Assembly (NCBI GenBank): GCA_963664395.2
Contig: OY761159.2
Location: 2,720,001-2,784,000 of the forward strand
Length of the DNA: 64,000 bases
Direction of reading: 5' to 3'
Origin: Candidatus Binatia bacterium
Lineage (GTDB): Bacteria > Desulfobacterota > Binatia > Bin18
The position numbers were made by a program, and so were the translations under genes. How positions within the stretch are numbered: position 1 is the stretch's first letter; the number at the start of each line of letters is the position of its first letter. Positions 9,745 to 18,909 of the stretch are shown here, in pieces. Below the pieces are notes generated by a model. It was not told the DNA's origin. It ran no database searches and worked only from the letters and a program-made list of their open reading frames with translations.

Positions 9745-9804
9745 CCCGGTAGCCGGATTATCATATCGAACGCGCGCGCAGTGACGCGCGCCAAGCCGTC
9801 GCAC

Positions 9805-10299
9805 TTACTCTGAGGAGGGTGCGGCGGCGAGGACCTCCGCCTTATGTTCCCGCAGGAACTGCGCGACATCTTTTGAAGCGCGGAGCAGAATCTCGATATA
9901 GGCGACGTCGGCACTCGCTACGCCGGCCAGCGCGTGATGATAGGCACCCAGGGCGGCTATGAGGTCGGTCTGGCGGTCCGGGATTACTTCAAATTTTTCC
10001 GTCAGACAGGCGTTAATGCCTTCCGCCAACGCATCGAAGGTTTCCTGCTCGACGCCTTCGGTCGTCCCTGAGACCAACTCCTGCCAGAGCAGCTCGATGG
10101 CGTGCCGCGCAGGGTGATCGCGCCGTAGGCCGGCGCTGAGCTGGTAGAGTTGATTGGCGAGGGGCTGCCAGCGCGCGGGACGTTTGTGGGAGACTAAGGC
10201 GTTGGCCTTCAGCAAACGTGCATGGAAGACATTGAGACTATACTGTTCAGTTAAGAGACGAATAATCGTATCAAACTCATGTGAAGTGACGTGGGCCAT
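9805..10299 (-). CDS. hypothetical protein
   Basis: AAGGAA RBS before MAHVTSHEF; helical. Confidence 0.6.
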   Translation of the reverse strand: MAHVTSHEFDTIIRLLTEQYSLNVFHARLLKANALVSHKRPARWQPLANQLYQLSAGLRRDHPARHAIELLWQELVSGTTEGVEQETFDALAEGINACLTEKFEVIPDRQTDLIAALGAYHHALAGVASADVAYIEILLRASKDVAQFLREHKAEVLAAAPSSE

Positions 10300-10473
10300 G
10301 GTGTTCCTTTCTGACGGTATCCGGGCTCGGTTTGGTGACTCGTATGCCAGTAATCGCGCGATCATGACAAAAACCCGTGCCGCTCGCAATGCACTCGTTT
10401 TCTTGCCCCCCGTCCAGACTTGGTCTAAAGAAGAGAGAGCTGTGGTTGGACACTAAAAAAGAGAGGGAACAGG

Positions 10474-11193
10474 ATGACGACAGACCACGAAAAAATTCTT
10501 GAAATTATCCGCTTAAAAGATCAGGCTCCGCTTGTCCTGGCGCGCGGTAAAACCGCCCTGCTGGTGATTGATATGCAGCGTTATTTTGTCAGCCCCCATT
10601 ATCCGCTGATGCAAACCTTTGAGAAATTGGTCCCAGGGGTGAGCGCCGCCTACTGCGAGCGGGTCAATGCGTCTGTCATTCCCAATATCAAGCGTTTGCT
10701 GGACTGCTTTCGGGCCCGGCTGATGCCGGTTATGTACACTGCCATTGGCACCTGCTTGAAGGACGGTCAGGATTTGAATTCCATGTGGAAGGCGCTCGAT
10801 CAGCTCAGCCTGGACACGATTGGTGAACGCATGTTTCCCGCGGTTGACGAGCCGAGCTGGCAGATTGATGACAGCGTCGCGCCGCAGCCGGGTGAACTGG
10901 TTGTGAATAAAACCTCGAGCGGGACCCTGAACTCGACCATGCTTGACCAAACGCTGCGCAATATGGGAATTGAATCGCTCTTGATCTGTGGGGTGACAAC
11001 GGATGTGTGTGTCGAAACCACGGCCCGAGACGCGGCTGATCGGGGCTTTGACGTCACCATCGTCGAGGATGCCTGCACGGCCTTCAGTTCGGACCTGCAC
11101 CGCGCGGCTCTCCAGGCCTTCAGCTACGCATTCGGCCGGGTGCGCAAGACGCACGAGTTAATGCATATCGTGAACACCGCAGAGGAAGTATGA
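10474..11193 (+). CDS. isochorismatase-family cysteine hydrolase
   Basis: LLVIDMQ (Asp), VNKT (Lys), GVTTDVCVETTARDAADRGF (Cys) triad. Confidence 0.92.
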   Translation: MTTDHEKILEIIRLKDQAPLVLARGKTALLVIDMQRYFVSPHYPLMQTFEKLVPGVSAAYCERVNASVIPNIKRLLDCFRARLMPVMYTAIGTCLKDGQDLNSMWKALDQLSLDTIGERMFPAVDEPSWQIDDSVAPQPGELVVNKTSSGTLNSTMLDQTLRNMGIESLLICGVTTDVCVETTARDAADRGFDVTIVEDACTAFSSDLHRAALQAFSYAFGRVRKTHELMHIVNTAEEV

Positions 11194-12389
11194 AAGCACT
11201 GGTCTTTGCCAAGACAGCATCCAAAGATGCGCCTCCGGCCCCGGACTTTTTGCCCGGCCTGTCCAATCTCCAGTTACGCGAGGTGCCAACTCCCGATCTG
11301 CCCAATGAACGCTGGGTGGTGGTCAAGAGCAAAATCTCCGGCATCTGTGGCAGTGATCTTGGCTTTTTGCAGTGGAAGCCTATGCCGGCGGCAGAGCCGT
11401 ATTTCGAGCTGCCTATGATTCCCGGCCACGAACTGTTCGGTGAAGTAGCTGCGGTGGGCAAGCGCGTTCGCGGGCTCCATGTGGGCCAACGAGTGACTAT
11501 CGATCCCACGCTCGGCTGTCGTGAGCGTGGCTTTCGGAAGCTGTGTCCGCAGTGCCGAAACGGCAACCCTGGGATTTGTGAACATATCGCTGAGGGGCTA
11601 CTTCGTCCCGGGCTGTTAATTGGTATTTGTCCCGACACCGGCGGCGGCTGGGGTGAATACTTTGTTGCCCCCGCGCACCGTCTGACCCCCTTGCCGGATG
11701 CGATTGATGATGATGAGGCCTCGCTGATTGAACCGTTTGCCGTGTGTCTTCGTGCGGTTCTCAATAATCCGCCGCGACGCAAAGAACTGGTGGTTGTCAT
11801 CGGCGCGGGGACTATTGGTCTCATGAATATCGCCGCGCTCAAGGCTATTGAGCCGTCCTGTCGGGTGGCATGTATCGCCAAGTACCCGTTTCAGGCCAGA
11901 CTGGCGCGCACACTTGGTGCCGATCACATTATTGATGCCCAGAAGCATGATGTCATGGCCCAGGTGGGTGAACTGGCCCAAACCAAGGTCTATCCGCTCT
12001 CCGGCGGTGGTGCGGTTTTGGCCGGTGGGGTGCGGCTGGTGTACGATACAATCACCAACTCAGTGACGTTAAACCAGGCCCTCCGCATGGCGCAAGGCAA
12101 GGGGGCGGTTATTGTGCTCGGTTTGGCCGCCATGCCCGAAGGCGTTGACTGGACGCCGACCTGGATGAAAGAAATTTCCATCGTTGGCAGTCTGACCTAT
12201 GGGGCTGAGACGTTTCGGGGCAAACGTCAGGATACGTTTGTTCGAGCGGTTGAACTACTGAAGCGCCGGCGGGCGGACCTGCGCGCGGTCCGTCCGCGCA
12301 AATATCCGCTTGAGCAGTTTCGACAGGCGCTGACCGAAGCCGCCAGCAAAAAGACTTCGGGGGCGGTCAAGGTGTCGTTTGTGCCCTGA
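11190..12389 (+). CDS. zinc-dependent alcohol dehydrogenase (MDR, sorbitol/threonine DH-like)
   Basis: GICGSD, GHE, structural Cys cluster, GAGTIG; ATGA overlap with previous gene. Confidence 0.92.
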   Translation: MKALVFAKTASKDAPPAPDFLPGLSNLQLREVPTPDLPNERWVVVKSKISGICGSDLGFLQWKPMPAAEPYFELPMIPGHELFGEVAAVGKRVRGLHVGQRVTIDPTLGCRERGFRKLCPQCRNGNPGICEHIAEGLLRPGLLIGICPDTGGGWGEYFVAPAHRLTPLPDAIDDDEASLIEPFAVCLRAVLNNPPRRKELVVVIGAGTIGLMNIAALKAIEPSCRVACIAKYPFQARLARTLGADHIIDAQKHDVMAQVGELAQTKVYPLSGGGAVLAGGVRLVYDTITNSVTLNQALRMAQGKGAVIVLGLAAMPEGVDWTPTWMKEISIVGSLTYGAETFRGKRQDTFVRAVELLKRRRADLRAVRPRKYPLEQFRQALTEAASKKTSGAVKVSFVP

Positions 12390-12423
12390 CCGCCCCCGAA
12401 AGGAAGAGAGATTCTACCGGCGT

Positions 12424-12804
12424 TTATTGCAGGGCTGCCATCAACGGGGCAATTGTGCCGCTATCAAAATAATCGCACCATGTGGTGATTTTGCCGTCGG
12501 TGATGGTAAAGACGCCGAGGACAGGCAGCAGCACCTGAACGTCCCCTTTGACCCAGGTCTCCAGGCGCTCATTGGTGACGACATCGCCGGATGAGGCCGT
12601 GTGGGTGATCTCCATCTTTTGGAGTAAGTTTGCGCCGACAAAAGGATCAAGGACCTCACGCACACCGGCATGGCCGGTCACCGGAGCCCAAGGCATGTTG
12701 TGGTACAACACGTCCGCTGACAGATAGGACACCACCTTGCCCATATCTCCACCGCCCAATGCATGACAGAATTCAGTCACGAGCTGTTCATTTTCAGCGC
12801 TCAT
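12424..12804 (-). CDS. limonene-1,2-epoxide hydrolase / SnoaL-like protein
   Basis: YHNMPW..VTG, NERLE, LPVLGVF..DGKITTWCDYFD. Confidence 0.85.
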   Translation of the reverse strand: MSAENEQLVTEFCHALGGGDMGKVVSYLSADVLYHNMPWAPVTGHAGVREVLDPFVGANLLQKMEITHTASSGDVVTNERLETWVKGDVQVLLPVLGVFTITDGKITTWCDYFDSGTIAPLMAALQ

Positions 12805-13014
12805 ACGTTCTCCTTTTTCTCCTCTGCTGGTGTCTCGCTAGCATAGGGGCGTATTGGCTGCAAGCGTGAGTACATGTTGCGATATGCTCTTTTGCGTATA
12901 AAAATATGCGCCTCCTTGGTGTGTGTATTGCACTGGGCGGGCTGATTGTGCAAAACATGTCTGGCGGCTACCTCTTGGCAACCGGTGGAACCGGCCCCTT
13001 GCCTGTCTTTTTTT

Positions 13015-15372
13015 ATGCGTGAGCGCGACCTCCTGGCTTTAGAGTTCGACAAAGTCCTTCAGCTTCTGGCCGACTGCGCCTTGTCGTCCGCTGGTCAGGA
13101 AGCCTGCCTGGCCCTCCGGCCACAGATTGCCGAGCCGTTGGTCAGAGAAGACAGCGAGCGAACGTGGCAGTGCTTTCGTGTCGTGGAAGAACGCCTGAGC
13201 CTGCCGCTTGGAGCGTTCCCTGATATTCGTCCGACGTTTGAGTGGGCTGACCACGGAGGCGCTGCGCTTGAGGGACAAAAGCTCCTCGACATCCTGGCCG
13301 TTGTGACACGCTCCCGACTCCTTGCCACGTTTTTCCGCCGAGATGCAGCCGGGTTCGACCGTCTGAGGGGGTATGCCGGCCGTCTCCCAGCTTTGCCCGA
13401 CCTGGAGGCTGCCTTGCAGCGCTGTCTGGACGAGAACGGGACACTCAAAGACGCGGCAAGTCCGACCCTCCGTTCACTGCGGCGTCAGGTCCACGCCCTG
13501 GCAGACGACATTGAACAACGCCTCCAACGCACCCTGCGCTCAAGCGAAGCCAAGGATACCGTGACTGACCATTTTGTCACGATTCGGAATAACCGTTTTG
13601 TCATTCCCGTCCGGCCAAATTTTCAGGCTCGTTTACCGGGGATCGTACAGGATCGTTCTGGGTCGGGCGAAACGGTGTTCATCGAACCGCTGTTTGCGGT
13701 CGAACTCAATAACAGGCTGCTGCTCGCGCAGAAAGAAGTGACGGCTGAGGAACACCGGATTCTGAGCTGGCTGACTGCTCTTGTTCGGGAGCATCTCGAT
13801 CAGCTCAAGCAGGCGTTTGCAACCTTGACGGAAATCGATGTCCTCCACGCCAAGGTTGTTTTTGCCCACAAATACGGCGCAACACAGCCACACTTTGGCT
13901 CGGCCATCCAACTGCGTTGTGCGAAGCATCCGTTGCTGACGGCCTCGAACAAATCGGTTGTCCCCATCGATTTGATCCTGCCGAACGATAAACGGGGGCT
14001 TATTATTACTGGTCCGAACACGGGTGGAAAAACGGTTGCCCTGAAAACCTTGGGCCTCATATGCCTCATGGCGCAGACCGGCTTTTTGATCCCGACAGAC
14101 GAAGCCAATGAGCTGCCTGTCTTTCGGAGTGTGTTTGCCGACATTGGTGATGCCCAGTCCCTGGAGCAGAGCTTATCCACCTTCTCGGCCCATATTACCA
14201 ATGTCCGTGAGATCCTTGCCGCCCTGTCAGAGCCCGCGCTGATACTCCTTGACGAACCCGGTGGCGGAACAGACCCGGCCGAAGGGGGCGCCTTGGCCAA
14301 TGGGCTGCTCACCTTTTTGAAAGAACGCCACGTGGCACTTGCGGTTGCCACTCATCTGAATCCGGTCAAACTCTTTACCATGGTGGACGGGAGCTATCAG
14401 ATTGCGGCGGTCGCTTTTGACTTGGATACCCTCCAGCCGCGGTATCAACTCCAATACGACGTGATAGGCCAGAGCCTCGGGCTGCCCATGGCCCGTCGCC
14501 TCGGTTTACCGGAAGAAGTATGTAGGGCGGCAGAAGCGACATTGTCTGGTGAGGCCCGTCAGTTTTCTGAAGCGCTGGCCCGGCTCGAAGCATCCTCTGC
14601 CACGCTGGAGCGCGAACGGACCCGGATACAGGCGGAACGTGAACAGCTGACCGCCCTGCGTATGCGCCAACAGCAACTCCTTGCCGAAGCCGAGGAAAAA
14701 CGCCGCCAGGTCTGGCAGGACGAGGTGCGCGAAGCCAAGCTGCTGGTCCGACAGGTACGTGCGGAAGGCCGCGAGGTCGTCGCGCAGCTCCGCAAAAACC
14801 TACAGACGCCGCGGGTCTCGCCCGGCACCGCCCGCCGAGACCTTGCGCAGTTCTTGCATGAGCAGGAAAAGGGGATCAAAGCAAAAGAGCAGCTATTCCA
14901 GACCGAGACGGTCTCCGATACGCCCCCGCCCCAGATTGGAGATGAAGTCGAGATCCGCAATGGGAAAATTCAGGGAACCCTACTGACGATCAACGCCACC
15001 AAAGCCCGGATTCGTCGAGGTGGAATGACGTTTGAAGTTCCCACCGCCCAAATCGCTCCAGTTCACGGTGCGTCCAAGCGCAAACAGGCGCCGAGCGTTC
15101 GTGTTGCAGTAGAACGCTCGGCGTCAAGTCGGCCTGAAATCAATTTACTCGGCCTCCGGGTTCGGGAGGCGCTGCCTCGGCTGGAAGTCTTCCTGGATCG
15201 GGCCATCCTCAGTAATCAGCCGTCGGTTCGTATCGTGCATGGTATGGGAACCGGTGCGTTGAGGCGGGCGATACGAGAGTATCTATCCGATTCGCCCTAC
15301 TGCGCATCCTTTGACGAAGCTCCTCGAAGTGAAGGGGGCGGGGGTGCCACTGTGGCGGAACTCTCCTCATGA
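13015..15372 (+). CDS. mutS2: endonuclease MutS2
   Basis: LEFDKV start, SGSGETVFIEP, Walker A ITGPNTGGKT, DEPGGGTDP, C-terminal Smr (IVHGMGTGALR, EGGGGAT). Confidence 0.95.
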   Translation: MRERDLLALEFDKVLQLLADCALSSAGQEACLALRPQIAEPLVREDSERTWQCFRVVEERLSLPLGAFPDIRPTFEWADHGGAALEGQKLLDILAVVTRSRLLATFFRRDAAGFDRLRGYAGRLPALPDLEAALQRCLDENGTLKDAASPTLRSLRRQVHALADDIEQRLQRTLRSSEAKDTVTDHFVTIRNNRFVIPVRPNFQARLPGIVQDRSGSGETVFIEPLFAVELNNRLLLAQKEVTAEEHRILSWLTALVREHLDQLKQAFATLTEIDVLHAKVVFAHKYGATQPHFGSAIQLRCAKHPLLTASNKSVVPIDLILPNDKRGLIITGPNTGGKTVALKTLGLICLMAQTGFLIPTDEANELPVFRSVFADIGDAQSLEQSLSTFSAHITNVREILAALSEPALILLDEPGGGTDPAEGGALANGLLTFLKERHVALAVATHLNPVKLFTMVDGSYQIAAVAFDLDTLQPRYQLQYDVIGQSLGLPMARRLGLPEEVCRAAEATLSGEARQFSEALARLEASSATLERERTRIQAEREQLTALRMRQQQLLAEAEEKRRQVWQDEVREAKLLVRQVRAEGREVVAQLRKNLQTPRVSPGTARRDLAQFLHEQEKGIKAKEQLFQTETVSDTPPPQIGDEVEIRNGKIQGTLLTINATKARIRRGGMTFEVPTAQIAPVHGASKRKQAPSVRVAVERSASSRPEINLLGLRVREALPRLEVFLDRAILSNQPSVRIVHGMGTGALRRAIREYLSDSPYCASFDEAPRSEGGGGATVAELSS

Positions 15373-15989
15373 AAGTCTCTACTCGCGACGCCTTAGCCGA
15401 CCTGCTGCTTGAAGCCTTGGACGATGCTGCGACAGCCGCCACGTTGCGCCGGCTTGTCGCCTACGCACGAACGTGCGAGGCGGGGCCTCACCCGCTGGCG
15501 ATGGATGCGGTGCTGCGGTCTGCGCTCACTCCGGAGTTTGATTCAGAGTGGCAAGCCATCAGAGCCAAACTCCTTCAATATGGGGCAGCCCTGGACGCTT
15601 GGTCCGGGGCGCCCGGAACCTTAGCTCTTGATGGTGTCCTGCAGAAAAGTGTTGTGCTCTTTAACCATCAGCTCTTCTTTGAAGTGCATGAAGTCCTGGA
15701 ACCGCAGTGGATGCAAGAGCAGGGCGAGGTCAAAATATTCCTGCAAGGGCTGATTCAGATTGCCGTCGCGTTCTATCATCTCGGACGTGGCAACCTGGCG
15801 GGAACCCGCTCTCTTCTGCAGGAGGGGCTGATAAAGATATCCCCACACTCACCCACATGTCTTGGTATTGAATTACAGGATTTTATTGCCGGGCTTGAAG
15901 TATGCCGGGAGGTGGTATCAGGTCTGAGTCCTGATACGTTCAAGCAGTTTTCCATGGACTTGATTCCCCGGATGCAGCTCATAGCGTAA
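15369..15989 (+). CDS. DUF309 domain protein with N-terminal extension
   Basis: LFNHQLFFEVHEVLEPQW, LQGLIQIAVAFYHLGRGN. Confidence 0.85.
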   Translation: MKVSTRDALADLLLEALDDAATAATLRRLVAYARTCEAGPHPLAMDAVLRSALTPEFDSEWQAIRAKLLQYGAALDAWSGAPGTLALDGVLQKSVVLFNHQLFFEVHEVLEPQWMQEQGEVKIFLQGLIQIAVAFYHLGRGNLAGTRSLLQEGLIKISPHSPTCLGIELQDFIAGLEVCREVVSGLSPDTFKQFSMDLIPRMQLIA

Positions 15990-16012
15990 TCGTTCTCCAC
16001 TGATGCACTGTC

Positions 16013-16489
16013 ATGCAAGTTGATCGGCTCATTATCACGGCCCGAGTACAGGCCGTCCGGGGCACGCTTTCGAGTGCCGCACTTGTGAAGGGTATTGCGG
16101 ACGGAACGTGTGGTGCCCCGGACAGTATTCTCCTGGCAACGGGCGAAGTCGGAGCCGGAGAGAGGTGTGTTCAAGCGGTCGAGGCGCTTCGGCAGCACGG
16201 CATTGTCGGCGTTATTGCGCCAGCCTTTTCCTGGCCGTTCTTTCGGCTCTGCCTCCATACCGGTCTGCCGCCTCTGACCCTCTGGGAAGCAGGTGAAATT
16301 CGGACTGGCGATCGGTTACGGATCGATGTGAATATCCGCATAGTGAAAGCCATGAGCGCCGGTACTCGGTATCCGATTCGGGACCTGTCTGAGCTCCATA
16401 TCGAGATTCTGGCCTGTGGCGGGATGGAAGGCTATGTGCGGGCGCGGCTGGCGGAACAGCACCTGGCGGCCTCCTCGGCGGACAGGTAG
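16013..16489 (+). CDS. divergent LeuD/aconitase small-subunit-like protein
   Basis: VIAPAFSWPFFR..HTGLP, TGDRLRID, EILACGG match LeuD; canonical GCGSSREHA motif absent. Confidence 0.65.
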   Translation: MQVDRLIITARVQAVRGTLSSAALVKGIADGTCGAPDSILLATGEVGAGERCVQAVEALRQHGIVGVIAPAFSWPFFRLCLHTGLPPLTLWEAGEIRTGDRLRIDVNIRIVKAMSAGTRYPIRDLSELHIEILACGGMEGYVRARLAEQHLAASSADR

Positions 16490-16540
16490 GGACGCGGGAA
16501 CCTCGCCCCGGCGACCGGCGGCCACTCCTCCCCTGAATGA

Positions 16541-16570
16541 GCTTGAACGAGCTTGAACGAGCTTGAACGA
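16541..16570 (+). repeat. 3 x 10-bp tandem repeat GCTTGAACGA
   Basis: Directly visible, intergenic. Confidence 0.95.
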
Positions 16571-16635
16571 GCCGGTCGTATTCTCCCTTTTCCCTCTTCC
16601 TTGCGACTGGTAGCATACGCTCAGGGGCTACTGAT

Positions 16636-18873
16636 ATGCGACGCATTCGAGACCTGCGGAAATATGAGCTACCAGACTCTTTGCTTGAAATCTGGGAACA
16701 CCAGCAGGGCGAATTTCTTTTACCCGTGCAGGAAATTGCGGTGCAGCGCTACGGGCTCTTTGACGGCCGCAGCCTCGTTATCTCCTCTCCGACGTCATCC
16801 GGCAAAACGTTTGTGGGCGAAATGGCGGCGATGCGCGCCGCCTTTGCCGGCCAGCGCGTACTCTATTTGACGCCGCTGCGCGCGCTGGCGGAAGAAAAAT
16901 ATGAAACGTTTCGGGCGCGTTATGGAACGTATGGCGTAAAGGTAGTGGTGGCGACGCGTGATAGACGCGAGTTTGATCAAGACATTGAACGCGGCGACTT
17001 CCAGCTGGCTGTTCTGGTGTATGAAAAACTCGCCCAGCTTCTTGTCCGCCATCCGCATGTGCTGCGGACCGTCGCCCTCGTAGTGGTGGATGAGCTTCAG
17101 ATGCTGGGCGATCCGGAACGGGGCTCCGGGCTTGAACTGACGTTGACAAAACTCCTCAGTTCAGCGCCGCGTCCGCAGCTTCTGGGACTCTCCGCTGTCC
17201 TCCGCGAGGCTGAGCAGGTCGCTGAATGGTTGGGTGCCGATCTCCTCTTACAGGATGAACGGCCGGTTGAACTCTACCGTGGCGTGGCGCTCGGTGACCG
17301 TTTTCGCTACCGCACCTATAACACGGGCGAAGAAGGCGAGGAGCAACTGGCTTGTATCGAGTCAGACGACCCGCACGAAATTTTATTTGCTCACGTCAAG
17401 CATCTTGCACAGCGGGGAGAGCAAATCCTTATCTTTCTGAAAGGCAAACGTGATACTGTCCGGTGCGCCTTGGAACTGGCTGAAGAATCCGAGTTGCCGC
17501 CGTCACCCGCCGCGCTGGCGGCGCTCGAACCGCTCGAAGAAACGTCCCTCAAGACACAGTTGCGGGAGGCCCTTGGTGGTGGTGTGGCGTTTCACCATGC
17601 CGACCTGACCTCAGCCGAGCGTGGGATTGTTGAGTCAGCCTACCGCCAGGGCGAAGTGCGGGTCATCGCGTGTACCACAACACTGGCCTTTGGGGTGAAT
17701 CTGCCGGCCTCTACGGTGTTCATCGAAGCAGTCAAATGGGACATGGATAAGCGGACGGGCACGGCGATCGAAGTCCCGCTCTCCTGGGCCGAATATGAAA
17801 ATATCTCCGGTCGGGCCGGACGGCTCGGATTTCACGAAGGATTTGGCCGGTCCATCCTGATTGCCACCAATCAGTTCCAAGCTGACTTATTGTGGCGAGG
17901 CTATGTCATGGGCGAGCAAGAGCAGTTTACGCCGGCACCGGGCCAGACCGGACTCGCGGATCGTATCCTCAATCTGATCGTTTCCAAAATCTGCCTTTCG
18001 ACCGATGAACTCCACGCTTTTTTGGGCCTGACCTATCTCGGATTTCAGCGGCGCGGCAATACCGTTCATGTCCCGAACCTTGCCCCGAACCTTGCCCCGA
18101 ACCTTGCCCCGGACGAAGCAGAGCAGGCGCTGAACGTTCTCATGAAGGCTCAGCTTATCAATCGCAGTGAGGACGGGCGGCTGGAAGCGTCAACGCTGGG
18201 AGAGGTTGCCGCCCGCAAAGGCATACGCGCCGCAACCGCGGTGAAACTGGCGCGCTTCTTTGAGTCCGCCCAGGGACGCGACGTGCCCGAGCTTGAACTC
18301 TTTTATGCTCTGAGCCTGACCGAAGACGGCCAAAAAATGCAGATTCCTTTGTCGTCTGCCGAACACCGAGGCCGGGGATACGAAAGCAAAGTGGGCGAGT
18401 GGATACGCGAACGAGGCTATGAGCCGGGCGACGATCTCCGGAAACTCCTCAACGCCCGCATGCTGCCGACAACCCAAGAGGCTCGGTCGGCAAAGCTTTC
18501 GCTGCTGCTGCTGGGCTGGATTAATGGGGATGGGTTGTCGTCTTTGGAAAACCGCTGCCAATGCTACGCCGGAACTATCCTCACCCTGGCGGATGAAGTC
18601 AGCTGGCTTGTGGATGCCGCGGCAGAGATTGCCGAGGTCATGGGTTGGGCTCCGGCCAAACAATTGTCTGAACTCGCAGAACGGGCGCGATTTGGTGTTG
18701 ATCCGTCGAGCTTGGAGTTGGCGCGGGCGCACCTGCCCGGTCTCAACCGTGAAGAAGTACAGGCGCTGGTGTCTGCTGGTTTCGATTCGCCGCGGGCTGT
18801 GCGCGAAGCGCCCCCGGAAGTCCTGGAGCCATACTTGTCGCCGAAGCAAATTGAGTCGCTCCGCACGTGCTGA
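16636..18873 (+). CDS. Ski2/Hel308-like SF2 DExH-type helicase
   Basis: LLPVQ Q-motif, PTSSGKT, PLRALAEEK, DELQ, LSA, FHHADL, TTTLAFGVNLPA, SGRAGRLG, winged-helix STLG, C-terminal HhH-like region. Confidence 0.92.
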   Translation: MRRIRDLRKYELPDSLLEIWEHQQGEFLLPVQEIAVQRYGLFDGRSLVISSPTSSGKTFVGEMAAMRAAFAGQRVLYLTPLRALAEEKYETFRARYGTYGVKVVVATRDRREFDQDIERGDFQLAVLVYEKLAQLLVRHPHVLRTVALVVVDELQMLGDPERGSGLELTLTKLLSSAPRPQLLGLSAVLREAEQVAEWLGADLLLQDERPVELYRGVALGDRFRYRTYNTGEEGEEQLACIESDDPHEILFAHVKHLAQRGEQILIFLKGKRDTVRCALELAEESELPPSPAALAALEPLEETSLKTQLREALGGGVAFHHADLTSAERGIVESAYRQGEVRVIACTTTLAFGVNLPASTVFIEAVKWDMDKRTGTAIEVPLSWAEYENISGRAGRLGFHEGFGRSILIATNQFQADLLWRGYVMGEQEQFTPAPGQTGLADRILNLIVSKICLSTDELHAFLGLTYLGFQRRGNTVHVPNLAPNLAPNLAPDEAEQALNVLMKAQLINRSEDGRLEASTLGEVAARKGIRAATAVKLARFFESAQGRDVPELELFYALSLTEDGQKMQIPLSSAEHRGRGYESKVGEWIRERGYEPGDDLRKLLNARMLPTTQEARSAKLSLLLLGWINGDGLSSLENRCQCYAGTILTLADEVSWLVDAAAEIAEVMGWAPAKQLSELAERARFGVDPSSLELARAHLPGLNREEVQALVSAGFDSPRAVREAPPEVLEPYLSPKQIESLRTC
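18072..18107 (+). repeat. 3 x 12-bp in-frame tandem repeat CCCGAACCTTGC (PNLA x3)
   Basis: Directly visible inside the helicase gene. Confidence 0.95.
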
Positions 18874-18909
18874 GCGGCTCTTCCGTAATCCTGGACAGAG
18901 CTGCATTCT

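Noticed and set aside
18871-18890. Sec read-through of the helicase TGA stop
   Set aside because: An in-frame TAA follows four codons later and there is no catalytic context
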